A model generated the notes under the pieces. It saw only the letters and a list, made by a program, of their open reading frames with translations. It was not told where the DNA came from and made no database searches. A stretch of DNA of 64,000 nucleotides from IMG/VR virus record IMGVR_UViG_3300037808_002146. The stretch is one strand, 5' to 3'. Both the position numbers and the translations under genes were made by a program. This document shows, one piece after another, positions 35,681 through 47,200 of the stretch. Source of the stretch: a virus. Lineage: Duplodnaviria; Caudoviricetes. Numbering within the stretch: the stretch's first letter is position 1; the number at the start of each line of letters is the position of its first letter.

Positions 35681-38600
35681 TCAAAAGTCGAGTTTAAACT
35701 TAAAAACGTATCTATCTTCATCTTTTCTAACTATTGGCCTCGATAAATTCACTTTGCCAATTACATTTAAGTTTTCATCATGAAGAAACATGTTGGTGAT
35801 TAAATTACATCCTGTCTCTCTATCAGAAGGTAGATCGGATGGCGACAGCTTTTTATATGTCGGGTTAGTTGATATCCTTGCTTCATCTGCTGAAATTGGT
35901 ACTCTCATCTCTAGCACGTGAAGATTTCGATCTCCCTTGAACTTAGTACTGAACTGATTTACCCCAAATTGTGGAATCGTTGGGTTTGTTAAACATGCTA
36001 AACCTTCTTCATATAAAATTATTCCCGCTTGAGCCCATGTTGGGTGGCTACCAGAAGCGTCGCATCGATATAGCATACCGGTGCCGTTATCTTTAAACGT
36101 CAAGTTTATTTTACCAGCAGAGCCTGTCACCAACGGATCGCTAATAGAGAAAGATTCTCGTTTGATAGCATCACCATAAAAAATATTAGATATGTCTAGA
36201 AACATAATCTCGTTAGAGTCTGGATCTCTAGTTCGATTCAAGACTGTCAAGCCAATTTTGCTTTGTTGCCCATAGACTTCTGAATGTGCTATTTCGCTGA
36301 TATTGCCGGCGTATTCTCCAGACACAGATCTAGCAACAGTGATTTTTGGAAAAAGTCGGCTGACCAAAGAGCCTGGATTTCCATTATCATCGCTAAACGA
36401 AGAAAAATCATTATACTGCTGGCCCATATCTACCATATTACGAAGATTTATCATCCCAGCATATTCTTCTTTTCTATCATTAACGAAAAAATCAACTGAG
36501 CTTTGTTTTGTCAAGGTTGCAACTCTAGAATCTAGATTTCTAAACTTAGGTTTGAAGTTTCCTAAATCACTTGGTAATATAGACAAATTTCTCTTTCGAT
36601 TTTCAGGCTTTAAAACTATAGCTTCAGTGGCGGGCATAAAATCAAAATCATCAGCAGAGAAATTTGACCATGTGCCTGTTGGAGCTGTAGCTGATAGGTT
36701 GTAACACAAAGCTTGATTACCAGTAACTAGATCATGACTAAAGTTTTCCAAATTTATTAGTCGACCGCCTTGGCCAAACGACAAGTCAGTATTAAAAGGA
36801 GTATGGCTACTAGAGTAGTGGGTTTGAGTTACTGTTGACATCATTTGTCTAACTGAGCTAGAAGGTATAAAATAAGGAGGTAAGTAAAACAGCAAGTCCT
36901 TATCCCCAAAATCATAGTAGCCATTTTTAGCAGTAGCTTTAATTTCAGTGTTATTTCTATACTTTGAGAAAATTCTCACTTCTTGTAACTCTGCGTTAAG
37001 CGGGAAGTCTAAAGTATGTGAAACACCTTCACCAGCCGAGATATCGCCAAGTAAACTCTCTACTCCAAACCTGTTAGCTGATCCTGAGTCAAACAAAAAG
37101 CTAGTTTTAGAAGCTGTTGAATTCGAGTTACCATAAATAGGGTTTTGGCTGCTTATTTGAAACATATCAGATAAAAAGTTACCTAAGCTGCCAGATGCTC
37201 TTTGCGCAGGGGAAATTTGAATAGAGCTCGATGGGATAATATCTATCCGGTGATCTGCAATGCTTAAAACTACCTTATTTCCCGATGTTGAAGTAGACAA
37301 ACCAGCTAGTTGCGGATTTTCAGAATTTTCACCGCCGGCAAAGGCGGAGGGAACTGTTGCTGAAGCTGCAGCAGATATTGTGTTTGCAATATTTTTATTG
37401 CCAGCTGTCCCTTTTACGTTTTGAGTCAATACTAACCTGCCAGATGAAGCATTCGCGACTATAGCTCCATTATGTCCAGAGGCATGATTGATAGCTAAAG
37501 CTAAATTGGAAGCTGCAATCGTTGCTGAATTTGCATCGCTGATATTAACTCCACCCACAAAATTTGAAAAACCGGTGATGGCCGCGTCTGTAACCATAGC
37601 TGTAGCTGCCACTACCTTATCTCCCGAAGCGCCTCCAAAATCTTGAACGAAGATCAACTGTTGATTTCCAGTGACCCCGGCTGAGTCGGGATTTGTTACT
37701 GTGTTTGGCGTAATTGAAATTAATCCAGCGTTAGATCTTGCCAAAACTACATTTCTAATAGTATTCGCTAAAACCGATTTATTAGCAGCGCCTTGAATAC
37801 CGATCAAAATGTTACCGGCAGAAGATGGGTTGGCATGGGTGGTAGTTCCATTGTTAGTCGCATGATTAAATGCTACTGCTGAATCAAATTGAAACACTGC
37901 CGTTCTTGCGCCATCAGGGTGGTTATCTATTAAAGAAAACGTTTTGTCGTCTAAGCCCGAAATTGAATCTGCTATAGGATCAGCAGCGTTATTTGGTATT
38001 GCTAAGGTTGATTTAGAAGCAGTAAGCCCACTTTTGAAATTGGGTGGTACAGAAGTGTTGAAATTCTCCGAAGTGTACGCTTTAGAGTTATTTCCAGAGT
38101 CTATCAAAGTAATCGTATTCCCTTTCGGTATCGCTTTAGTAAAGTCGATAATTGCAGTAGCTGCAGCTCCATGGGCTAGCGTATTATTTACCAAAGCTCC
38201 CGTAAAAGCCGCCCTAGTTCTAGAGATTAAATTAGAAACGCTTGTATTTGCATGAATATTACTTGATATGTTATTTACCCTAACGGTATCTGCCGGTAAC
38301 GAAGCTAGCGAAGATGTTACAAAAAATATGTCTCTAGTAACCTTAGCATCTGTGCTATTATTGGTGGTAGTCACCGTGAGTTTTCCAGTAGCTTTTGTGC
38401 TATCAAATGCTGGAGAAAACAAAGAACCTGTCAAAAGTGTTACGACATCGTCATCGTCAACTGCAGTGGTGCCAGACACTGTAGCTTGATTACTACATCT
38501 ATATCTGTTACCAACTAATAAAGCTGATGGGATATTGTTCAAATCGGTAAATTTTTCTTTCCCAAAAGATAATGTAGTATTCGGTATTGTTATATTACCC

Positions 38601-39574
38601 GCATGCTGGCCATCTATATAAAAACTTCCTGTATAATTGTTTTGTTTTGGGCCACCCCATCTAATTGCACAATAGCTCCAACGGTCTTTTTGCAAAAAGT
38701 TGTCAGCAGAGACGTAGGTTAGCTCTGGTTCATTACTGCCCGAAGATGAGTTACTAGGTAGGGTGATTAAATTCAAGGGCCTAGTCGTATAGTCTCCTAA
38801 CTGCAGCGCTAATCGAAATGACTTTGGTCGGCCAAATTCATCGACGTGTGATCCTGAGTGTAACGAAACAGTGTAACAATTAGGCATATTTAAGATTGTG
38901 CCAGGTTGATAATGATCATTGCTTGTGTCAGTTGTGTATCGCGGATTGATATAGAATTCAAAACTAAATGAAGCCGACGGGAAATACCTAGCTGGTTTAT
39001 ACCTAGTGACTCCATCAACATCGATGCTGCTAGTTGTTGGAACTGGATAAATAAAAGCAGAATCGCTTGGAACGTTAGACGGAAAAGCTGCCGAAGATGT
39101 AAAGAAGTTTAAACTATGGTAATTAGAAAAACCAAAAGACAAAGGTCTTTCATATTCTCCTTGGTAAAATGGCAATAAGTTCTTAACGAAAACAGATTTC
39201 CTCATAGTATTTGCATTAAGACGGTGAGGCATATCAAATCTGTAGACTATTAATTTCTTGTCATTATCCAGTGAGCCAGCTAGTTGTCCTATAGATGTTA
39301 TGTAGTTGTTAACAAAACCAGATATATCTTTTTTGTTTTTTCTACTATCTTTTCTAATGATATCGCCAGAATCGTCCAACGTAAGTAAAGACTTTACATC
39401 AAACATATATTCTTCTAACTCGGGAGTTATTTCCTTAAGCGTGTTGCTTCTTTCAGCAAATAAGAAAACATCTCCAGTTATCCCGGAAATAGAAGAAGAA
39501 ATAAAGTGCTGGTTTGGATGAACTTTTACCGAGCTGACTCTTATGTCTTCAGGTAGAATAGGGATGAGCGCCAT
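35681..39574 (-). CDS. Baseplate/tail structural protein with a LamG-like domain interrupted by nested repeat modules
   Basis: FSFEFYINP, WSYCAIRW, FYIDG and LQEVRIFS (LamG/concanavalin-like); GHNG-type module; C-terminal NLSRPIVRK...FKLDF shared with the adjacent gene. Confidence 0.6.
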   Translation of the reverse strand: MALIPILPEDIRVSSVKVHPNQHFISSSISGITGDVFLFAERSNTLKEITPELEEYMFDVKSLLTLDDSGDIIRKDSRKNKKDISGFVNNYITSIGQLAGSLDNDKKLIVYRFDMPHRLNANTMRKSVFVKNLLPFYQGEYERPLSFGFSNYHSLNFFTSSAAFPSNVPSDSAFIYPVPTTSSIDVDGVTRYKPARYFPSASFSFEFYINPRYTTDTSNDHYQPGTILNMPNCYTVSLHSGSHVDEFGRPKSFRLALQLGDYTTRPLNLITLPSNSSSGSNEPELTYVSADNFLQKDRWSYCAIRWGGPKQNNYTGSFYIDGQHAGNITIPNTTLSFGKEKFTDLNNIPSALLVGNRYRCSNQATVSGTTAVDDDDVVTLLTGSLFSPAFDSTKATGKLTVTTTNNSTDAKVTRDIFFVTSSLASLPADTVRVNNISSNIHANTSVSNLISRTRAAFTGALVNNTLAHGAAATAIIDFTKAIPKGNTITLIDSGNNSKAYTSENFNTSVPPNFKSGLTASKSTLAIPNNAADPIADSISGLDDKTFSLIDNHPDGARTAVFQFDSAVAFNHATNNGTTTHANPSSAGNILIGIQGAANKSVLANTIRNVVLARSNAGLISITPNTVTNPDSAGVTGNQQLIFVQDFGGASGDKVVAATAMVTDAAITGFSNFVGGVNISDANSATIAASNLALAINHASGHNGAIVANASSGRLVLTQNVKGTAGNKNIANTISAAASATVPSAFAGGENSENPQLAGLSTSTSGNKVVLSIADHRIDIIPSSSIQISPAQRASGSLGNFLSDMFQISSQNPIYGNSNSTASKTSFLFDSGSANRFGVESLLGDISAGEGVSHTLDFPLNAELQEVRIFSKYRNNTEIKATAKNGYYDFGDKDLLFYLPPYFIPSSSVRQMMSTVTQTHYSSSHTPFNTDLSFGQGGRLINLENFSHDLVTGNQALCYNLSATAPTGTWSNFSADDFDFMPATEAIVLKPENRKRNLSILPSDLGNFKPKFRNLDSRVATLTKQSSVDFFVNDRKEEYAGMINLRNMVDMGQQYNDFSSFSDDNGNPGSLVSRLFPKITVARSVSGEYAGNISEIAHSEVYGQQSKIGLTVLNRTRDPDSNEIMFLDISNIFYGDAIKRESFSISDPLVTGSAGKINLTFKDNGTGMLYRCDASGSHPTWAQAGIILYEEGLACLTNPTIPQFGVNQFSTKFKGDRNLHVLEMRVPISADEARISTNPTYKKLSPSDLPSDRETGCNLITNMFLHDENLNVIGKVNLSRPIVRKDEDRYVFKFKLDF

Positions 39575-39586
39575 TTTATCCCCTTA

Positions 39587-40978
39587 TCAGAAGTCTAACC
39601 TTACTCTAATCGTTAAATCTTTTTCGTCATTCTTTTCTATTGGTCTAGATACCTTAGCGACTGCGAGTAAGTCATCATAATCGCCATACAACCCAACTGT
39701 TGTAATATAAGAAAACGGCTTATTCAAACTATTAACTGAGCTATCAGTAACCAAAATCTCTCCAGTATCACTAACATAAGATGGGTTAGAGGAATAATTA
39801 AATTCATCAGGTTGTGCTCTGACAAAGTAAATAGTAGAATTAATTTCTGTCTTGTTTTGAAAAGTAATAGCTGTGCCGGCATCGCTTCCAAACCTAGTTA
39901 CACAAACATGATTTACTATGTCATTAATAGAACCCGACGTGAAAAAGTAGGGAAATACGTGACCGGCTTTTTGAAGCCCTAAGGTAGATACTTCTGCAGA
40001 TGTTGGAATAGTTGCGTCCCCAGGACCAAGTTTACCGAAAGTTAGTATAGGAGTAGCATCTGCAGTTTGAAGAGGCGGCCCAAAGAGTGCTTTGCCGGCA
40101 GGAATTCGACCGGTGGGGCTAAATACACTAGCAGCAGATCCAGAAGATACAGTTGCAGTCATTGCGTCGATCATCCCATGACCAATATCAGATTTAGAGA
40201 AAACTTTTTCAATGTCTAAAATGACTGTCCCATGATCATAAAAGATTAAACCAACAACTTCGCTAGTTTTAGATGCCCTCACTATATTGCCAACCGGACC
40301 ACCAACAGAAGTTGGCTGATTCGTGGAAGAACCAAAGTCCGTATATATTCGTTCTGTAGTTCCCATTGTTTGAAATAGATTATCAGTAAAAGCTGATGCT
40401 GTTCCTGAGGCATTTGCTATGTTGTAGTTCAACCTCATAGCAAAAGTTTCTCTCTTTATTCCGTCTCTTACAAAAAGGCGGTGGAAACTAATAAACAAAG
40501 CTGAGTTTATTTTGCCAGTAGCATTTGCGTCTCTAGAATAAGGAGCTGCAAAGAAATCTTCTGGATGTCCCAAAAGAGTAGCCGCAAACTGCTTATAGAT
40601 ATCTTGCTTTTCCCTCATCATTAAAGAGGTATGCTTATATCGCCTTTTGCCTGCGGTATCCTCTGTGATGAAAGCACCGGCAGAGGTATTAGCTGAACCA
40701 GCGGCCGAAACTGGAGTTTTTGCTTCTGCAGAATCGTGATAAAAACCAAACGTCATATCAAAAAGACTGTTTGCTGTTTGCAGACTGAAATCTTGATCAA
40801 AGACTGTTTGGTATAAAGAAGACGTTACGCCAGGACCAAAACTAGAAGTTACAAAAACTTCATAACTTTTCCTAGAGTTAGAACCTGAAACATCTTCTCT
40901 TACGATATCTACCAGCTGGTTTAATACTGATTTAGTATTCTTGATATCGTTGCTTAATAAAGATTTGAAAACTGCCAC
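39587..40978 (-). CDS. Baseplate/tail structural protein, paralogue of the neighbouring 1297 aa protein
   Basis: GLIFYDHG, DEFNYSSNPSY and YITTVGLY...LLAVAKVSRPIEK...RVRLDF. Confidence 0.6.
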   Translation of the reverse strand: MAVFKSLLSNDIKNTKSVLNQLVDIVREDVSGSNSRKSYEVFVTSSFGPGVTSSLYQTVFDQDFSLQTANSLFDMTFGFYHDSAEAKTPVSAAGSANTSAGAFITEDTAGKRRYKHTSLMMREKQDIYKQFAATLLGHPEDFFAAPYSRDANATGKINSALFISFHRLFVRDGIKRETFAMRLNYNIANASGTASAFTDNLFQTMGTTERIYTDFGSSTNQPTSVGGPVGNIVRASKTSEVVGLIFYDHGTVILDIEKVFSKSDIGHGMIDAMTATVSSGSAASVFSPTGRIPAGKALFGPPLQTADATPILTFGKLGPGDATIPTSAEVSTLGLQKAGHVFPYFFTSGSINDIVNHVCVTRFGSDAGTAITFQNKTEINSTIYFVRAQPDEFNYSSNPSYVSDTGEILVTDSSVNSLNKPFSYITTVGLYGDYDDLLAVAKVSRPIEKNDEKDLTIRVRLDF

Positions 40979-41018
40979 TTAAATTATCTCCTAACTTACG
41001 ACTTACACAAAAATAAAA

Positions 41019-41777
41019 TCAAGTAGCGTCATTGCTATATTTTAATGGTAAAGTGATCTGGTGTTGAATGCCTGTCAATAAACCAGTTACAACTGCTACT
41101 GTTGTAATAATTCCAGATGAATCTCCAAAAGTATTAAAGACTGTTTGATTTAAAGTTTGTTTCACTTTAAATGTTAGGCTCAAGCTTGGCGAATTTTTAA
41201 CGCCGCCGGCGGACGCTGCCACTCTGTATGTTGCCATTTGATCTCTTTCGGAGATATAAGAAGCCGGTAAAACACCAGCACCGGAGGAAACTTCTAGAAA
41301 TCTGCTTGAAGCTTTAACCATGAATACGGATTCTTGCATATCAATAGGTATAGCACCATCTTGCTGAACCCTGTTTCCTGTCCCAATTCTTTGGGAAAGA
41401 TTAACTGTAGCTGGGGTTTGGCCAACTCTCGTTAGAGCGTTAGATGTACTTATATTAGTCGAAGAAGAGTTATCAGCTATTGTGTTTACTAAACTAGGAA
41501 TAAAAGTTTCAACTTGAGACGACATACTGATTAATTTATATTTAAGCCCTAAGTTAGAGCTAGTTTGAGCCTCGAATATTGGAGTGTTTTTCTCTATCTT
41601 CTCTCTGCCAACTGTTAACCCAAATTTCTTAATTATAGAATAATCAATCTCATCATCGCCTAAAGCGAATTTTACAATTGAAAAAGAACCATCGTTTTGA
41701 GACAGCCTCTTTCTACCCAAATCAGTTAGAACAGCATCTACTATAATATTGTTCGTGCTGTGATCTAAGAATCCCAT
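41019..41777 (-). CDS. Putative baseplate / fibre-attachment protein
   Basis: N-terminal DAVLTDLGRKRLSQ...IVKFALGDDEIDY resembles tail-fibre N-terminal (P2 gpH-like) motifs; AGGAG RBS. Confidence 0.55.
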   Translation of the reverse strand: MGFLDHSTNNIIVDAVLTDLGRKRLSQNDGSFSIVKFALGDDEIDYSIIKKFGLTVGREKIEKNTPIFEAQTSSNLGLKYKLISMSSQVETFIPSLVNTIADNSSSTNISTSNALTRVGQTPATVNLSQRIGTGNRVQQDGAIPIDMQESVFMVKASSRFLEVSSGAGVLPASYISERDQMATYRVAASAGGVKNSPSLSLTFKVKQTLNQTVFNTFGDSSGIITTVAVVTGLLTGIQHQITLPLKYSNDAT

Positions 41778-41867
41778 ATCTTTCTCCTGATTTATACTTT
41801 TTAAATATACTTAGCAGCAAAAAAAAGTAAAATTTATTATGGCAAGCCACAAGGCCAAAAAAATCTA

Positions 41868-44216
41868 TTAATTTATTAAATTTCTCTTTGGCATTCCAAT
41901 TAAGCTTGCAATGTTTCTTAAAGTCTCTTCGTCATTTTCCATGACTAACTTATCATCAATTTGATATTTTAAAATAATATCATTTGCCCTATCGGGGTTA
42001 ATTATTTGCAAAAAATAGCTATTTGCCTCATTTCCGCCAAATTCAGCATCTATTCCGTTAACAATATTTTTGCTACGTTCACCAATTTTAACAGATTTAT
42101 AATCTGGTCTAAATCTCAAAACTGCTCTTTTATAATTAGATGCTCTAGCAACATCTTGAAATGCTTTTGTCTTTACGAAGTAATTTGGAAAAACTAAAGG
42201 AGCTCCAGGCGGAGATATTTGCTGAATTTTTAATTCATAAAGTTTACTATCTAGTCTGACTTTTATTTGGGAACTATAGTTCGACATTTGACCATGAGCA
42301 TCTATTGCGCAAACTGCATAAATGTACTCTGTATCTGGTTTGAAAGACTTATCTTTATACATAGTCTTACAATCGCTTGAGGATAGTCTTGTTATTTTAT
42401 TGCGCGTAGATGAATTGCTAGCATTGGCCGAGCTGCTAAAACGTTCATCGCTAGCGTGTCCAAATATTCTAGGTTTTATCTCTCTAGCGCTTTGATTTTC
42501 GTCAGTGATAGAGTAGTTAAAATCGTAAACTTTCAACAATTGAAAAGGTTCATAGATCGACTTTCTTCTAAATACTGCGAAGTATGTTACATCCCGTTGC
42601 TTATTTACTGGAAAAGCCCAATGTAGCGCCAAGCACCCATCTTCTCCAGTATAGTATTCATGGAATGCCCAAACATCTCTAGGATATGGCGGAGGTAACA
42701 CTTCCCTAGTTTCAACAGTCAGGAGCGTAGAATACGGGGAGTTCAAAAAATACTTAAAAGTAATTGCTTTTCTATTTTCACCTTCGTCAATAGGGACTGT
42801 TAAGTGAAACGAATAAACTGCCCTCACTGTATAATCATACTCTTTGTCATAGTTTACGGCTGCGTCTAAGTAACTAGTGACAACGCTGTCTCTACTGCAG
42901 GGAATAAAAATTAAAGGAAATTTTTCGGAATCGAAAGGCACTTCGTCTTCTTCCGGAGTTTCTGTCTCAACGCCGTCGATGGTTGTTGTTTTCTCTGTTT
43001 CTACTTTTTGGGTTTTTTCAATAACGAACCCGACTATCTTAAAGGTTAGATCATCGTCACCGGCAAACCTGTTTAATTCCTCTATTTCGTATGCTTTAGC
43101 ATTTTTGAAAATTGATTCCAAAGGACCAGACGTTAATCCAGTATTTTCAAAAACGTCATCAAAAGTAATGCTTTGAGATTCACGTTCTGGTCTATATCCA
43201 GCCTTTGTCAAAACTTCTTGCCAATATCTTACGTTTCTCATTCTAGTTTGCATATTCAAAAGTAGACCTGAGGATTTTGAAGACGCTCTTGATAAACTCC
43301 AAGCATAATCTGAATTTAAAACGATAGTGGTATCTTCTGGTATCACTTTATCGTGGATTGGCAAATTTAAGTCTTCCAATAAAGCGCTATCAACAACCTG
43401 GACTATCCCGGGGCTTTCGCTAGGATTTCCATTAGTGTTTTTAAAATTTTGATCCGCTGAATTTAAGTTTTGATTACTCATCATAGGCGCGTTGCCGCCG
43501 GAAGTAGCAGATTGGTTTGCGAAATTTTTATATTTTTTGTTAGGCTGAACTATAGAATCGTATAGAAACTGAAGTCTTGGTTGAAAAAAAGTAGAGTCTA
43601 CTTCTTCCGCAAACCAATTATTGGTTGATTTTCCATCTTCTCCAAAACTAAACATATCTAGATATTCGTTAGTTATTCCAACGTACTGTCGCTGTTGAAG
43701 CTCAAAACTCTCTCTAGTAAGGGGGCTAAAACGATGGCTATTCCCGAGGTTAGTTTGACCCACTCCGCCTAAGTAAGCAAAGGCATCTATATCACTTTGT
43801 GAAGCTATAGAATTTGAGTTTTCGAAACCTGGTGGCGGCTTCCAACATAATCTTATATATGAGGGGATTCTTTCATTCACTGTTCTATTAAAGTTATCAA
43901 AAGTCTCTGGATCTATTATTGTTTTTCCAGTAATATCTCTTATTGCGGAGTCTACGTCTACTCGCGGGTGGGTGAGGTTTCGATCTTTACCTGCAGGGAA
44001 AAAGTGGGGATTATTAAAACTGTACCTAGTTCTCTCTTCAAGCGTATAGAAATTATAGACATAAATATTTTCAAAATTCAAACTAGAAACTGACGGGTCT
44101 TCATCTTTTGCAAACGGAGATCTCCATTGAGGAGGCTTTGAAACCGCGATGACAACTGCTTTAGACAGTTTAGATTTCGAACCATCTGAATAGTTTAAAT
44201 TTTCTAAATTACTCAT
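41868..44216 (-). CDS. Large hypothetical virion protein with an FN3-like C-terminal domain
   Basis: PPPYPRDV...LHW...VFRR...YKD...EYIYAVCAIDAHGQMSNYS resembles fibronectin type III; start coupled to the upstream stop (TAATG). Confidence 0.6.
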   Translation of the reverse strand: MSNLENLNYSDGSKSKLSKAVVIAVSKPPQWRSPFAKDEDPSVSSLNFENIYVYNFYTLEERTRYSFNNPHFFPAGKDRNLTHPRVDVDSAIRDITGKTIIDPETFDNFNRTVNERIPSYIRLCWKPPPGFENSNSIASQSDIDAFAYLGGVGQTNLGNSHRFSPLTRESFELQQRQYVGITNEYLDMFSFGEDGKSTNNWFAEEVDSTFFQPRLQFLYDSIVQPNKKYKNFANQSATSGGNAPMMSNQNLNSADQNFKNTNGNPSESPGIVQVVDSALLEDLNLPIHDKVIPEDTTIVLNSDYAWSLSRASSKSSGLLLNMQTRMRNVRYWQEVLTKAGYRPERESQSITFDDVFENTGLTSGPLESIFKNAKAYEIEELNRFAGDDDLTFKIVGFVIEKTQKVETEKTTTIDGVETETPEEDEVPFDSEKFPLIFIPCSRDSVVTSYLDAAVNYDKEYDYTVRAVYSFHLTVPIDEGENRKAITFKYFLNSPYSTLLTVETREVLPPPYPRDVWAFHEYYTGEDGCLALHWAFPVNKQRDVTYFAVFRRKSIYEPFQLLKVYDFNYSITDENQSAREIKPRIFGHASDERFSSSANASNSSTRNKITRLSSSDCKTMYKDKSFKPDTEYIYAVCAIDAHGQMSNYSSQIKVRLDSKLYELKIQQISPPGAPLVFPNYFVKTKAFQDVARASNYKRAVLRFRPDYKSVKIGERSKNIVNGIDAEFGGNEANSYFLQIINPDRANDIILKYQIDDKLVMENDEETLRNIASLIGMPKRNLIN

Positions 44217-47200
44217 TACTCTTCTCCTTTACGACATATTGAAGCTCTCAAAGTTAGCGGGTAAAGAGCGCTTGTAGTAACCTTACCCTCATTGTCTTCA
44301 GTAGTATCCAAATACGGGAGGGAAGCGAGCAATTGCTTAAAGTAATCACCGGTGAGTGTGATAGTCCCGTTGTTGTTGCGAACATAATTTTCTCGTTCTA
44401 GCGTAGATAAATCTATGCTTTCACCAGAGAGCTCTGTTCTTATTTCCTGACTTATTTCAAAGTTGCTTAACTTATATGGTATACCAACTATTCTATCAAA
44501 CATAAACCCATTCCTAAATTCTTTCATTATATTAGAAGAATATTCATTTACTGCAGTTAATATCTCCGCGGCTGCTAAGCTGGTCTCCGTGATTGGTTTT
44601 GAAAACTTGTAAGGAAAAAACTTTGGGAAATCTCCATCCACATCGCTAACTACATCTGGGCTGAATAGCCCAAAACCAGATTCACCTGCAATCAGTGATG
44701 ATCGACCAAAACCGTCTTGGTGAATAATGGTACTAGACTGATCTATTGTCGTTTTTCTCTCGAAGAAATACTTTAATATATGACCAACACTAGAGAGGTT
44801 TTTTGATTCTTGGGCAACTTTAATTTGATCAAATAAAATCTTAGTATATTCATTTAAATACTCTTGATAGTTTCTCTCTTCAGGGAGCAAACCTTCTCCG
44901 CTACTAGAATCTAGAGAGTAATCTGAAATTGGTGGTGTTGTACCCCTTCTTGGAATCATGAAAGAAAAGAAGTCTAACCCTAAGACTTTGCTAGCGTAAG
45001 CTTTTAAAAATATATCCATTTTATTATATTTATCTTCTTGATCATTGCCTCCGAAACTAGGGCCTGCTCCTCTCGCGGTTTGGCCGTGTTTCACCGGTGA
45101 GATTAATCCATCCGTTAAGAGATTCTTTACCGTTGGCGAAATCATATGATTTTTGGAAAGGTAATCGTAATCGGACATGAGGGCATTCCCGTGAAGTGAC
45201 GGTGAATATATCCTCCATGGTTTTTGCCTAGAAAAATAGATAGGTTCTATATACTCAAATTTCAACCAGGGGCGAAAGAAATCAAAAAGTTCAAGTTTGA
45301 CTTGGAAATTCTCTAGCTTGTCAGTGTCTAGGGAGTCAGCACGGTCATTATATGTCTCTAATGGAGCGTCTAGAATCTTTTGTAATTCTCCGCTTTCTAT
45401 GCCTATGAAGCAAACTCGGGTAAAGTTAGAGTCTAAAGCAGCAGCTCCATAGACTTCAGGATCTGCGAACCCTCGTTCATAAACTTTCCATTTTTGAATT
45501 GGATGGGTTTGCTGAACTGCGAGTTGTCCCCTTATTTGATGCGGGGTTTGAATATCATATGGGGATAATTTAAAAGGAACTTGAATAGTCATGTCATTAG
45601 ATATTCTTAATCCCCTGCCCTTATGGTTAGCACTAAAAGTTTGATAGTCAAAACCAGAAGTCAGAGTGCCGTATTGTTCTTTATAGAGCCGGTAAATGCA
45701 ATCTAAGCTCGAGATAGTATCTGGAGTTACACCTAAGAAACCATTATTAGTAATAAATTCTTTTATTTCCCTAGATATGTTCGCTGAAGATGCTTTACCA
45801 ACGATAGAAGTTGAATTCGAATCGCGGAAACTACTATACGGACTGTAAACAGGCGGCTGCTTATTGGAGGCTAGGTCGCTGACCCCCGAGGGGGTACTTA
45901 AAAATTTATCAATGTTTTTGGTCATCGCAGTCATAGTTGCGGGGAACGCCTTAGCACATGTATCGGCATATTTTTCTTGTAAAGATACAAAATCTAAATA
46001 CTGGTTTTCTAAATGATAAATATCCATCACGGGTTCTTGCGTGAAATTACTTCCGGGATTGCTAAAATCATCAGAATGTCCCTTTATGTATCCCCAATTA
46101 ATATCAGCAAGGATGTCATACTCATCTCTGACTGTAGTAGTTTGAAAACTCATATCTAACTCTAGCGATGGGTATTGAATTCTCCAATCGTAAAAATAGG
46201 GAATATTGTGGGGTATTGTCCTTAACCATGCCTTTTGATTAGAATCCATATCTTCATCATGGAGGGTGATATATCTTTCAATAGAATATCTAACAGAGTT
46301 TAAAAAGCCAAGGGCTGCGGGGATTTCCGCAACCGCCATTTGCTCGCAGATTTCTCTAAAATGCAGGGACAAATCGGGTAATGTTATACCAAGAAAGTTT
46401 TCAGTAGTTATTGGCGTTGTTGGGTGTCTCCATGCCGAATCAGAATGAGATGCGACTGGGACATTTGTTAAAGCGTCGTGTAAGTGTTTTCCCCAATCAA
46501 AAGACGGAAGAAATGGAAGTTGTTCATTTGCAAAATAACCTTCAAAAGACAATTCAGATGTATCACGAATAATAGGACCTAGGTATTTAGGATCTAAGCG
46601 ATTGAATTTATATTGTAAACCAGTTACTACATCAGGCCTTAGAAAAATATATGCTAGTGCATCTGTATGCACGCCCAATAATGTATCTATAGGCCGAGCG
46701 GAGGGATGTTCGTGTTGATGAGATTCAATTCTCTCAGTGCTATAGTGGGTATAAGTCGAGCCACCATCATTTGATGCTAGATATACTTCTATTTTTATTT
46801 TTTCATCGCTCTTTATGGTTTTGTGCTTATTGGCGTGGAAAAACTCAGGTATAATAGGGATGCCTAGCGCTGTGTCTTGAATGATTCGATCGTCGGGGTT
46901 ATCGGGTATATATGAATAAGTCGTTCCAGATTTGAGTGATCCTAAGATAGCTTTTTGAGGTGAATTAGGCCATGATGATCGATCAGCATTTATTGGGGAA
47001 CTATCAGAAATACGATGATCCATGTTGGCACGATAATACGCTCCAGCGCTTGTCGATGTTTGGGCTCTATAAAAGTAATAATTTGACCATTCGTGAGGAT
47101 GACCAGCCGTTCGGTCTCTTGGGCTAGCCCAATCTTCTAGCCAATCTTGAATATCTTGCGAATAACCACGGCCAGAACCCTTATTCCAAACATAGGCTCC

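Noticed and set aside
41840-41865. Possible terminator after the 782-aa gene
   Set aside because: Only a 4-bp stem, and the T run lies on the wrong side for the minus strand.
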